Virus record (IMG/VR): IMGVR_UViG_3300037258_001099 | Span: 32,001-96,000 of that record | Strand: one strand, 5' to 3' | Origin: a virus | Length of the DNA stretch: 64,000 bases | In this document: one piece after another, positions 47,801-56,181 of the stretch | How the letters are laid out: each line of letters starts with the position of its first letter | Numbering within the stretch: position 1 is the stretch's first letter | Position numbers and translations under genes: made by a program | Notes under the pieces: generated by a model | Told to the model about the DNA's origin: nothing | What the model saw: the letters and a program-made list of their open reading frames with translations, nothing else | Database searches by the model: none

Positions 47801-50800
47801 CTCTGATATCGCCCTGGCAAAGCAATACGGCAAAGCGCCGATGCAATACCTAGGTAGTATTTCCGGTAATCAGAAACCATTACCGGAAATTGCAGCAGTA
47901 GCTCCTGGCGCGAGAGGGTCCTGGGATGAAGATTCGTATGGCTTCCCAGCAGAAGCTCCTCCTGATGACCTTTCTATGGGTGACGAGGAAATGTTTGAGT
48001 TTCACCAAGCTCTGGGTCAGATGGATGCGTTCGAGTCACCTGCAAAAAAAGCTACTCCAGCCCCTGTAAGTCCAACGCCTATTCCTGCTCCTGCCTCAGC
48101 GGGGCCAGCGTACCAACTCTCTCACTTGCCAAAGCTGATGCGATCACAAAGGCGCACCCTTATTAGAGGAGGCCAGATTCACCCCTTTGAGGAAGGAAAG
48201 CCTGGCATTGGTGTTGGAGGAACCAATCCTGAGCAACGTGATGTGTTAAATGCTCCTGATCGCCGCATGATTGTGCAAGGTGGGCCTGGCACGGGCAAAA
48301 CTGAGACCATGATCATGAAGATCGCGGACCTGATTGCTAAAGGCCATGTCGACCCAAGCCGTATCATGGCTTTCTCTGGTATGCACTCAGGTGTCTCTGA
48401 GCTCAACACCAGGATGAGCAAATTCTTGCAGCCATTACTTCCCCATGGAGAAGAGCACAAGCTTCCTGCGGCTCGTACACTGCACTCTCTAGCCCATCAG
48501 GTCCTCTTCCAAAGAGGCAAGCCAAGTCCAGCACTGGGTGGCATTGGACTTGGTTGGATTAAGGGGGTCATGGGTAACCCAAGCGAGGAAGAGCTCGCAA
48601 GGCAAACTCCAGAGACCCAGGAAAAGCTCCGCGACCAGCAACGTCAATTCTTGCACGGGGCTATTAAGCAAAACTTCCCGAAAGCCAAATGGCTTCCAAG
48701 CACACCAGACGAGCTTGATCGTGTCATGGGGGATATCAAGAAATACAAGTCTAGTCGCACTGGAGAGGACCCACTTTACGATAAGATGATAAAAAAAGGC
48801 CTTGGGGATATTTCTCATGGCAAAAAGTTCACCCATGCCGGAGCCCTTGCTGTCTATGAGCAATCTGTGGCGCAGACAGGCAACATTGATTTTGAGGATC
48901 TGATCACCTACGGCAGTTCTGCTCTTGGCCGTCTCGGAAGCGAAGCTATCCCGCAAGGTGTTGAGGGAACGCAGCTCCTCGCCTATGACGAGGCGCAAGA
49001 CGCCAACCGAGAGAACCTGGGATTTGTCTCCAATCTCGTGAGTGCTCTTGGACCAGAAACACATGCAGTTGTCGGTCTTGATCCACTCCAGTCGCTTTTT
49101 CAGGGAGCTGGAAGCCTGCCTGGAGAGCATATTGTGCCAGCCATTCAGCAGATGCTGGGTGGAGCAGGACACATTCAGCTTCGCGGAAACTATCGCAGCT
49201 CCATGAAGGATGTGGCGCTCTCCAATTCGATCTTACAAATGCATGCCATGAGCGGAAAGAAAGGACTTTCCCCACTTCAGGTCCCCTATTCACAGAAGCT
49301 TGGATCAGAGCCAAGCTTCATGCTTAGAAAATCCCAGCCTGAGCTCTATAAGAAGATGTTTTCCTCTATGCTTGCCCATGCTGGTGTCTCTCCAAAAACC
49401 ATGCGAGAAAATATTTTGGCTGGAGAGCATCCCTTTAAAGGAGTGGACTGGAACCAGCCAGACAAGATTCGGCCAGGGGAAATGCCTGCACTTTTTATGA
49501 TGAAGGCGCAGCGCTCACTCTTTGAGCATATTGCCCCATCAATCATTCAGGGGCTTGATCCAGCGGGCAAGATTGATCCTGAGATGGCAAAGAAAGCCTT
49601 TGGGCAGATGTATCGGCCAGGTCTGCCTGGCAAAGCCGCAAGCGATGAAGAACAGACTATATTTGCCAATAAGCTCGCATTCCGAGGACTCACCGTGGGC
49701 CAGAGTAGAGGACTCTCCTTTGAGAACCCACATATGGATGCCTCCCCCGTAGGGGAATGGCGGCGTCCTGGGGAGAAGGCTGAGGAGTCGTACTTGCACA
49801 ATCTGGGAGTCATGGTTTCTCGCACAAAAGAGGGTGGACGCAGCTTTATTGGGGCGGCAAGCACCCCGTTTTCTGGCGATCAGATGAAGGATTTTGTCCA
49901 GACACAAGGAAAGCACTACCGCGAGACCTCTCCAGAGTCACATAATCGTGGATCGGTATGGTATGGGGAACCTGGCTCTGATCCGCTATCTGTCCATCCC
50001 CGCAATGAGTTCGATACCCACGAAGGTCAACCAGTAGCACACTACTTTGGCGAGATTATGGGACTCCAGAAGAAGCAGGTAGATGACTGGAAAGCGATGA
50101 AGAATTCCCCTGCCCAAGCGGCTGTTCCAGCACAACTTGTCTCGCAAGAAGCAGTTGCCGCATCACCCCCTAGAAAGCAAGATCTTGCCAAGACAGCTCT
50201 GTCTGACCTTCAATCACGTGCGCCATCTGGCAGGAGTGCTCAAATAGAGTCGCTGCTAGCAAAGACGGTTGCATCGCCCCACGCGTCAGATCCTAGCCAG
50301 CACGCAATGGTCGGTCAACTCCACACAGAGTTTGCCAAACTTGGTGGCTCAGCTTCCTGGTCAGATTTCATGAAAGCAAAAGCACCAGAGATTGAGAATC
50401 TAGCAGGACCACAAAGCCCTGTGACCAAGCTTGCTCAAACAATGGCCGCATCCCCTGATAAATATGCGCCTGGATCTACGGCGATATCAGCCAAAGATGT
50501 CACCGTCAATGCTGCCGCCAATTCCAAAATCACCGTTGCAGGGGGCGCACAGGTTGATGTGATCCGAGCAAGCACGCCTCCTCTCGCCTCTATGGCAGCA
50601 GTAGGTAAAGGCGCATCGCCCGTGAGCTCCACCATTGCCAAAAATACACCAATAGAGGACTTACCTCTCTCGGGAGCAACTCCTGTCACGCGTATTAGCC
50701 GCAATCCTTTTGCAAGCACTGGAGGCATTCCGTCTACGTCAACAACGACAGTGGCTCAGGTCACAGGTGGTGCTCCTTCTGGGACAAGTGTTGGCGCAAG

Positions 50801-53800
50801 CACAGTAGGTGGGCCATCATCTAAAGGTGGCATTGGCTCGTTGGTTATCCACCCAGGAGCATCTGTTGGCGCTATCAACGTCTACGGAGGTGGACCAACT
50901 ACGGGCGGAGGCGGAGATGGTGGGGACAAAGAGCCGCCAAAGACCACGCTTGCGAAGTTCTCCGACGGGCTCACGAATACTGGTCGTACCTTCGCTCGTA
51001 TTGGGCAGGAGATGCAGTACTTCGGGCAGCTCTTCAATGATGTTACGCAGAAGGCACTTGAGCAAGGATCAGACTATAGACTTGCCTCTGGGACATTTAA
51101 AGCATCTGGCGCAACCGCTGACAGGGGCTTCTACGACTTTGCCAATCCTGCGAGCGGCATCTCTCAGATGCAGACGAATAGCCTGCCGATGTTCTCCAAG
51201 ACCGATATTGCACAAAATCTCCAAAATGTAGCAGGCATGGTAGGAGGCCAGCTTCCACCTTCTGGGACGTCAACGAGTATCATGCAGCTTGCAGCACTAA
51301 CTGGGGCAGATCCGACACAGCTTACCTCTCAGATAGGCTACATCAGTGGCTCGATGGGACAAGGGATGACCGCTACACCTGCAATCGAAGGATACACGGG
51401 GAGCCTCTATCACGGCCAGGTAAACGCAACCAACCTTGCTCCAACGCTCCAAGCGGTCTCCTCGGCGCTTCCCAGCATGCAAGGGCTCACATTTGGACAA
51501 GGCAACAATCTAGGAGCCTTCTACGGCCTCATGAATGCGGCTCAAGGCGGAGGCATGACAGCGGCCAATATGCCCGATGTCTCTGACCTTACGAATTCTC
51601 TGGCTCAAGTAGGCACTGCGCCTAATCTCAATCAGCAGGCAGCACTCAATCAGCTTTTCCCAGGACAGCTCACAGGCGGTGCCCAGCTTGCCCAGTTCCA
51701 ACAGCAACAAGTGGGAATGAGTGAGCAGGCAGGAGAGCTTGGTCTTCAGCAGCAGTTCAATGTGCCAGGCCTTCAGATGCAGATTGGCAATGCCAACGTC
51801 GCGATGCAGCAGGCTAATGTTGATCTCGGGCAGATCCAACAACAGCAAGGCTATGCCCAACTTGGCCTCTCTCAGCAAGAGCTTGGATCAAGCCAGGCGA
51901 ACCTTGATTACCAGAGAGACCAGCATGACTATCAGCAAGCCAGCCTGAACTATCAGAAGCAGCAGCTTAATTATAGTGAGGCACAGCTTGGCTATTCCCA
52001 GCAGCAATTTCAATATAGCCAGGCTCAGTACAGCCAAGCGCAACTCCAGCAGCAATATGCGCAAGCGAGCTTTACCCAGCAGCAATATGTCCAGACACAG
52101 GAGTATGGCCCCATTGGTGCCGACACTGGACGGCAGAGCTACTTCGATTTCATGCGTAATCAGCAAGCGGCAGGATACAACCCGCTCTCCGCTGAAACTG
52201 GGACCCAGTTCAAGCCGTCAGCGCCTCAAGGTATCCAGAACATGCAGTTCTACGCAGGGATTGAGAACCAGCGTCAGATGAGCATCCTCTCGCGGTCACC
52301 GCTGCTCTCAGATGCTGCATTTCAGCAACAGCAAAAATACTTAAACGAGCAAGAGGCCTTCTATAAGGAGCAGCTAGACTTAACAAACGAGCAGCGTACC
52401 TTTGACGTGACCTGGGGACAGAAGATGCTCGACTCCCAGCAGAAACTCCTCGACCTACAAGGGCCACTGCTCACTACACAGAAGAAGCTCCTGGATATGC
52501 AGCAGCCAATGCTCGATACCCAAAAGAGCCTGCTGAACCAACAGCAAGGGCTTCTCAACACTGAGGGGCATCTCCTCGATCTCCAACAAGGCATTCTGGA
52601 TACCCAAAAAGGCATGCTTGTCTATACCCAGGAAGCCCTTGATCAGCAGGGCAAAATCCTGGGTATCCAGCAGACCCAGGTGGGCCTTACAGCGCAGATG
52701 AATGATTACCAAAATGCTCAGCTCAAGCTTCAACAAGCGTATCTGCCAGCCCAGCTTGGGGCTCTTCTCGCAGTCCAGACAGCCATGGAGCAGCAAATTA
52801 ATGGACAAGGCCCTGTCAATGGCACAAATCCCACGCCACAGCAGATCATTAAGCAGCTCTCTCTTATCCAGAATCCAACCCAGCAACAGGATATTATGCG
52901 CAACCTGGGACTGCCTCCCAATCAGGTAAATACCCTGCAAACTATCCTCAATGGTATGAAGAAGGCTGGCGGCTATGATGCAGCCATGAGTGGGGTTTCC
53001 CCTGCCGACAAAAGCATCCAGGCGCAGGTGAACAACCTCATCAAGTCAGGAGCCTTTGCTGGACAAACAAATCAAGCTGCACAGTCTGACACCTCGCTCC
53101 TGCTTGGTGGCACAGCAGCGCAGTGGACAAAGTTCACGCAGGCTTTTGATACGGCCAACAAATATGCAGAGCAAACAGCAAACGCTGCATCCTCCATCAA
53201 CGACTATATCAAGGGCTGGGGAACCTTCTTTTCTATGGCTGGTCCTGCCATTGTTGGCATCGGCATGCTGCTCCAGGGTCTTGGGCTTGGCGGACAGGCA
53301 CTGAACTTCTTTACATCAGGAGGTGCCTCTGCTGCTGCTGGCGGGGCTGCAAGCTGGGTAACACAAACAGCAGCTCCAGCAGTCGCCTCGGCGGCATCAA
53401 CAACGGCAAGCGCAATCTCGTTAGCCCTTACCACTGCTGCCCCTATCATCATTCCTCTGGTTATTGCTGCTGCCGGAACGGCAATTATAACATTCGCATT
53501 AAAGTGGCTTGGGGATCAGGCATCAAATATTAATCAGCAGAACTTTAACAACCCAAAGAATGCAACCTCAAATCTTCCGTCGTGGCTTCAGTGGCTTCCT
53601 GGCAAAACAGCTTCTCCACAAGTTGTTGCTTCTGCGCAATCGAAGCAAGATGCGTACCGAGCCTCTCACGGCGGAAAAGACATGCCGATGCCTGATGAGA
53701 GTCCGCTCGCCAAGGGAACGCTTCTTGGGGATGCCTGGAGCGGTATTAAGACAGGCGTAGGCAACGCCTGGAATTGGCTGACAGGTGGAAACAACAAAGC

Positions 53801-55646
53801 TGAAGCATCTCCCGCTCCAGCAAATCCCAAAGGACATGACTTTGGGGCACAACCAAATGCACCAGTGATACCCACGCCACCATCGGTATCACCATGGAGT
53901 ACGGCATACAAAGCTATTGTGGGGGTATTTGCGCCGCTAGGCAAAACTTTCCAGGGCTATTGGAACGCTGTAGCTAGCGGATCTGACTGGTTAAGAACAT
54001 ATATCAAAGGTAAAATAAGCGATTCATGGAATGCTATCGTCACTAAGTTCTCTCCTCTAGGTAAGTTTTTTAGCAATCTTTGGGTTGATGTACAAAATGT
54101 ATGGAAATCAGCTCCTGGATGGCTACACGATAGATTTCAAGATGCATGGAACAGGGTAACAGGGGTATGGTCCCCTCTCGGTAAGATTTTCCAGGGCTTT
54201 TGGAAAGACGTACAGAATGTATTTGTAGGAGCACCCAAGTGGTTCCAAGGTGAATGGCAAATTGCGTGGAATAATGTAACAAATATATGGTCTCCAATCG
54301 GTAAAACATTCCAGGGATACTGGAATGATATCATGGGAGGAGTTAATTGGCTCAGAACGAATATATCTAATACATGGAATAGTATAAAGGTAGATACTGA
54401 AAATATATTTCACAATATGATAAACGGGATTATCGATCATTTAAATGATGGAATATCGGGCGTAGAGGGATTTATTAACTTTTTTGGGCAAGGACTCGAT
54501 AAAATTGCTGGGGCCTTCCATGTCAGTGATCCTATCCCACAGAATAATCACCTCGGTCGCATTCCCCACTATGCTCTTGGTACCGACTCCCATCCTGGCG
54601 GCCCTATGGTTGTAGGTGAAAAAGGTCCCGAACTGCTTTTTGCTCCAAAGGGCTCTACAGTTGTTCCGGCTGATCTGACCGAAGCGCTGCTCTCAATGTT
54701 TAAAGGCAAGGTTCCAGGCTATGCTGGCGGCGTTGGTGATATCACAGCGTCTATCATCGATTGGGTAACAGGTGGCGCTAAATCGTTATTGGACAACGTT
54801 GTGAGCACTCTGCATATCACGGCTCCAAATCTCGGACCAATGAAGGACATTTCATCTGGTGTCTTCAACTCATTGGAGAAGTGGGCGCTAAGTTGGATCA
54901 GTTCGATTTTGCCATCTTTCGGTGGCAGTGGCAGCCAAGGGAGCCCAGGAACACTGACAGGTGTTCCTGGCAATGTTGCTTCATGGATACAATCCGCTAT
55001 GGCGCTCACGCACGTGCCTGCAAGCTGGCTAGCAGACCTAGAAATTATCGCTATGCACGAATCGGGCGGCAATCCGAATTCTATTAACCTTTGGGACAGC
55101 AATGCCCTAGCTGGTCATCCTTCACAAGGCCTGTTTCAGACGATACCTGGCACTTTCGCCGCCCATGCTCTTCCAGGTCACGGAAATATATTAAACCCGA
55201 TAGACAATGCTGCTTCAGCTATTGGGTACATAGAGGGTAGATATGGCGATGTGTTCCATGTGCCTGGAATAGTCTCAATGAGTCATGGTGGCCCTTATGT
55301 CGGGTATTCTGGAGGCGGCATACTCTCTGAACCTGTTGTTGGCACGGGACTGAGTACTGGGACACGATATAGCTTTGCAGAGGCTGCGCCAGAGGCAATT
55401 GTGCCACTCTCAAAGCTTTCCATTGCGCTCAAGTCTCTTCCCAAGAGCGGGAGTAGTGCCGTCTCTACCCAGCCAACAACAATATCTTCAAATTCTGGAC
55501 AAAGCATTCAAATAAAGAGCCTGATTGGGACCGCAACCATTAACATAAACACCAATGGAACAAAAATTGCTGACACCGAGAAAGATGAGCTGATGAGTCA
55601 GATCATGGATCTCTTTAGTGATGCGCTCAAGCAGTTGAACACCTAA
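41880..55646 (+). CDS. Giant tape measure protein with two UvrD-like SF1 helicase modules, Gln-rich coiled coil and C-terminal lytic transglycosylase
   Basis: 4588 aa after the chaperones; helicase motifs at about 42630-44125 and 48220-49860; Trp-periodic repeats near 53900-54400; PHYALGT...VGEKGPEL; HESGGNPNSINLWDSNA..GHPSQGLFQ. Confidence 0.9.
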   Translation: MFPEEKERETVSTFDYSAWFGFRPRISSTAEGFARMPDYDPSQFAPRPVWNPATGKWEDPNKANRTINRRPTIEAEIAERQRRGYSLSDISLAPHAIPQGAAGPEKYQSPEEWKKAQSTFQSVQGALGASTGKQAATEALRRSDLNKALRQGQISTATAGKAAMITERMNQEGKRTQAANEDQLRNMSTQPDVTPFTIVPQKNLPSRASLLSQMEAAQPQVIALQQQTQKNASELMGKQVKMQTVSQFLPALSHEQLGGVQSKSQYVGFRGGPGGGKSKALISAIFNNLLNQGLSSDEAARLAKNTIFLSQTKSAVSRMRTNMEGAEQMIPGWDEKARSEQMMTLGRFAMSLLNRNQSSGGSILQQMGAGDYKPLYQGSGENIEEEMAKREHEQVLKRVLTQHGYNTRINNVGQLAQTIAEIKGTSRETFEAAYKRGKSLQDQNSQRQVIPSEQALYLYQNELHRTKQYDINDVPGMLLKASTKKNVQFPRFGMIANDESQDTPPIYGQLFQKLLGPSGRLITAGDPSQQAIRRPWDIDQTMKSAGAKIHELSINFRTGRHNVSSLNPLLATQAMADQPKSPFQAAFKEHDQPIRTHVEENFPAMHRAMFGNWMKDMGLTPAMIAKNMQSGVHPFSSPDAGSLLPGDAPFIFQRDEEGRGAFLKEMRSTLSKHMDEAMLDRFMQENISSEPPTASNVMSARAYTVGQARSHEFPEIHGDVTPQGLWPPEGHIGQIYTMQSRAINQQHLYYSKKNMPKGTQHDLATSFFGGQEVPHGWDQLMQAGTENLVDQQGMAVADLPEAMQYAYNSPHAMNLGTSPERPTEDPEMVKQFVEETLFANKFYSPPVDSGSGLLQGSKDDQFAADMRTYGFNAEMLSGQTKRSVISQSKMEMAARAAQDMIMNGPGVVSRGAATFNSEGVWQTKRMGRSEIESVPSPKEFMDRIHQMAGPIPARLMKDDIEREASSEFPEIDNIQMKPWAGKEQSQEAGDTTQVRQWMGHALAIPGFRNVPEIMGRLNDLLTHPKVLQSITGPLGKLAKSDPKLAQLQKRINLGRLDGHEAEKIKNRIARLIGLGAKITQTQQVQLSALQSKMKKVGGEPLHRIISRVVTPTLTGTNKPNPLYHAGFADLLHGAAAKQLPWQHLDPDFVGSLGGRARQFEREGDTSKRRFWGEAAGKFEAFSSQVHPDGSPLTKEMLAHAAPHERALLERIFESKHGGDILPYNHPDVESRVSQFTYQRGLVNRGMVSPENMAAMKLSRANSRRAPGETEFANLYMALQGGLSEGSGSGIEDPMNTLARGGGRFASLGAGTRLDSMIQRLTELSDPAGRVLTSAERAGFAEQLGQAQYVKSELSSPTNWRDWAHTLRAASLASTGKNLHDPKPLEEGKPNDPVRELFRHRDQHVKNARSLEGLTGLITPLKEATAHLQKTGSLRRSHVDEILRAFGYDPADKNLTALRKLEEKKGFSSRGGQDPDLPMAKLIGQFPDQMKDMREQLTRVPIIQGSQHYTYMGGEPGYADIKKAQQGIPSGIMGTLHPLPKTDETGPEEEFGLSKNVQFHMSRDMFSKSDLGVFNPEKAKRLPEHVANMDYAPLMQFEGMHQGSHVSFPVHPEQLALADTSGLEQEKGIQDLFKRARWTGLRWKEQDQNKKQIEVLRRSADAKHRKEHPLFTPRQLANPRGYASSFGVDPRTLPPAYRSHIGGQINSPSKVLAAAQVAQHSQGQMARGLVGMQQPVPEPMPSYRGYQLGGDLNEAAIDSIIRSQQKKELEANTAETPEFGPVDPNLQPMLPGFGGGGGNLPPRPPSVPTPEPENDPSRMFSALSSPELERAQPFLAHPRFNQLYKTFETGRLFGRQVTWQGHLEDEHAFNLRHPELHKSDLELTSGLLGKSVPPPPPDASTMAPRQRQESSGLRQRMMVQHASGLAQARDRKNDPLLATIGQHIPAQVPLAPSQGGIPPHDMAQLLTHLRSGKQSSDIALAKQYGKAPMQYLGSISGNQKPLPEIAAVAPGARGSWDEDSYGFPAEAPPDDLSMGDEEMFEFHQALGQMDAFESPAKKATPAPVSPTPIPAPASAGPAYQLSHLPKLMRSQRRTLIRGGQIHPFEEGKPGIGVGGTNPEQRDVLNAPDRRMIVQGGPGTGKTETMIMKIADLIAKGHVDPSRIMAFSGMHSGVSELNTRMSKFLQPLLPHGEEHKLPAARTLHSLAHQVLFQRGKPSPALGGIGLGWIKGVMGNPSEEELARQTPETQEKLRDQQRQFLHGAIKQNFPKAKWLPSTPDELDRVMGDIKKYKSSRTGEDPLYDKMIKKGLGDISHGKKFTHAGALAVYEQSVAQTGNIDFEDLITYGSSALGRLGSEAIPQGVEGTQLLAYDEAQDANRENLGFVSNLVSALGPETHAVVGLDPLQSLFQGAGSLPGEHIVPAIQQMLGGAGHIQLRGNYRSSMKDVALSNSILQMHAMSGKKGLSPLQVPYSQKLGSEPSFMLRKSQPELYKKMFSSMLAHAGVSPKTMRENILAGEHPFKGVDWNQPDKIRPGEMPALFMMKAQRSLFEHIAPSIIQGLDPAGKIDPEMAKKAFGQMYRPGLPGKAASDEEQTIFANKLAFRGLTVGQSRGLSFENPHMDASPVGEWRRPGEKAEESYLHNLGVMVSRTKEGGRSFIGAASTPFSGDQMKDFVQTQGKHYRETSPESHNRGSVWYGEPGSDPLSVHPRNEFDTHEGQPVAHYFGEIMGLQKKQVDDWKAMKNSPAQAAVPAQLVSQEAVAASPPRKQDLAKTALSDLQSRAPSGRSAQIESLLAKTVASPHASDPSQHAMVGQLHTEFAKLGGSASWSDFMKAKAPEIENLAGPQSPVTKLAQTMAASPDKYAPGSTAISAKDVTVNAAANSKITVAGGAQVDVIRASTPPLASMAAVGKGASPVSSTIAKNTPIEDLPLSGATPVTRISRNPFASTGGIPSTSTTTVAQVTGGAPSGTSVGASTVGGPSSKGGIGSLVIHPGASVGAINVYGGGPTTGGGGDGGDKEPPKTTLAKFSDGLTNTGRTFARIGQEMQYFGQLFNDVTQKALEQGSDYRLASGTFKASGATADRGFYDFANPASGISQMQTNSLPMFSKTDIAQNLQNVAGMVGGQLPPSGTSTSIMQLAALTGADPTQLTSQIGYISGSMGQGMTATPAIEGYTGSLYHGQVNATNLAPTLQAVSSALPSMQGLTFGQGNNLGAFYGLMNAAQGGGMTAANMPDVSDLTNSLAQVGTAPNLNQQAALNQLFPGQLTGGAQLAQFQQQQVGMSEQAGELGLQQQFNVPGLQMQIGNANVAMQQANVDLGQIQQQQGYAQLGLSQQELGSSQANLDYQRDQHDYQQASLNYQKQQLNYSEAQLGYSQQQFQYSQAQYSQAQLQQQYAQASFTQQQYVQTQEYGPIGADTGRQSYFDFMRNQQAAGYNPLSAETGTQFKPSAPQGIQNMQFYAGIENQRQMSILSRSPLLSDAAFQQQQKYLNEQEAFYKEQLDLTNEQRTFDVTWGQKMLDSQQKLLDLQGPLLTTQKKLLDMQQPMLDTQKSLLNQQQGLLNTEGHLLDLQQGILDTQKGMLVYTQEALDQQGKILGIQQTQVGLTAQMNDYQNAQLKLQQAYLPAQLGALLAVQTAMEQQINGQGPVNGTNPTPQQIIKQLSLIQNPTQQQDIMRNLGLPPNQVNTLQTILNGMKKAGGYDAAMSGVSPADKSIQAQVNNLIKSGAFAGQTNQAAQSDTSLLLGGTAAQWTKFTQAFDTANKYAEQTANAASSINDYIKGWGTFFSMAGPAIVGIGMLLQGLGLGGQALNFFTSGGASAAAGGAASWVTQTAAPAVASAASTTASAISLALTTAAPIIIPLVIAAAGTAIITFALKWLGDQASNINQQNFNNPKNATSNLPSWLQWLPGKTASPQVVASAQSKQDAYRASHGGKDMPMPDESPLAKGTLLGDAWSGIKTGVGNAWNWLTGGNNKAEASPAPANPKGHDFGAQPNAPVIPTPPSVSPWSTAYKAIVGVFAPLGKTFQGYWNAVASGSDWLRTYIKGKISDSWNAIVTKFSPLGKFFSNLWVDVQNVWKSAPGWLHDRFQDAWNRVTGVWSPLGKIFQGFWKDVQNVFVGAPKWFQGEWQIAWNNVTNIWSPIGKTFQGYWNDIMGGVNWLRTNISNTWNSIKVDTENIFHNMINGIIDHLNDGISGVEGFINFFGQGLDKIAGAFHVSDPIPQNNHLGRIPHYALGTDSHPGGPMVVGEKGPELLFAPKGSTVVPADLTEALLSMFKGKVPGYAGGVGDITASIIDWVTGGAKSLLDNVVSTLHITAPNLGPMKDISSGVFNSLEKWALSWISSILPSFGGSGSQGSPGTLTGVPGNVASWIQSAMALTHVPASWLADLEIIAMHESGGNPNSINLWDSNALAGHPSQGLFQTIPGTFAAHALPGHGNILNPIDNAASAIGYIEGRYGDVFHVPGIVSMSHGGPYVGYSGGGILSEPVVGTGLSTGTRYSFAEAAPEAIVPLSKLSIALKSLPKSGSSAVSTQPTTISSNSGQSIQIKSLIGTATININTNGTKIADTEKDELMSQIMDLFSDALKQLNT
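47859..47890. repeat. Second copy of the 12-8-12 palindrome, inside the tape measure gene
   Basis: ATTTCCGGTAAT-CAGAAACC-ATTACCGGAAAT. Confidence 0.9.
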
Positions 55647-56170
55647 TGGGAAATGCAAGTGGCTTTGGCATTGGAACATACCAGCCTCTCTCTGGGGTAA
55701 CAACAACCATCGGATCAGGCTTTCCAAATGCTCCATTTCAGCTCGTCCATCCGTATGCAGGTACCTACGGTGGCAACTATGGGTACGTGATCGACACGAC
55801 GATCAAGTCACCAAACGAGGTCCAGTGGACTCCTGCGCCAGAAATCGGCATTGATGGGATTGGCAACTCTGTCATTCGTGGATTTCCACAGATTGAGTGG
55901 GACTACCCGATTATGCGGCCAGATCATTGGTACAAGCTAAAATTTTTGAGAAATCAGTCAGCTAAAGTGCCACCTGCATATCAGTACATTGTGTTGCTCC
56001 AGTACCCCGACGTTTTTGGATCAGGGGTGCTCGCACAACAACTAGCACGATTTGAGCCCATCACCTTTTCAAGCCGAACATCTGCGATCTTCCAATCGGT
56101 CGTCTTGAAATTCACGTACGTGGGGCAAGCACAACTGCTTTCTGGAACACCTATTTCTATCATTGCATAA
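55646..56170 (+). CDS. Distal tail (Dit-like) protein
   Basis: Coupled to the tape measure stop (TAATG); position and size. Confidence 0.65.
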   Translation: MGNASGFGIGTYQPLSGVTTTIGSGFPNAPFQLVHPYAGTYGGNYGYVIDTTIKSPNEVQWTPAPEIGIDGIGNSVIRGFPQIEWDYPIMRPDHWYKLKFLRNQSAKVPPAYQYIVLLQYPDVFGSGVLAQQLARFEPITFSSRTSAIFQSVVLKFTYVGQAQLLSGTPISIIA

Positions 56171-56181
56171 GGAGGCGACCT

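Noticed and set aside
42630-49860. AddAB/AdnAB helicase-nuclease
   Set aside because: No RecB-type PD-(D/E)xK nuclease motif recognisable after either helicase module
41902-55507. Many short alternative-frame ORFs inside the giant gene
   Set aside because: No motifs or RBS support; expected by chance within a 13.8-kb gene
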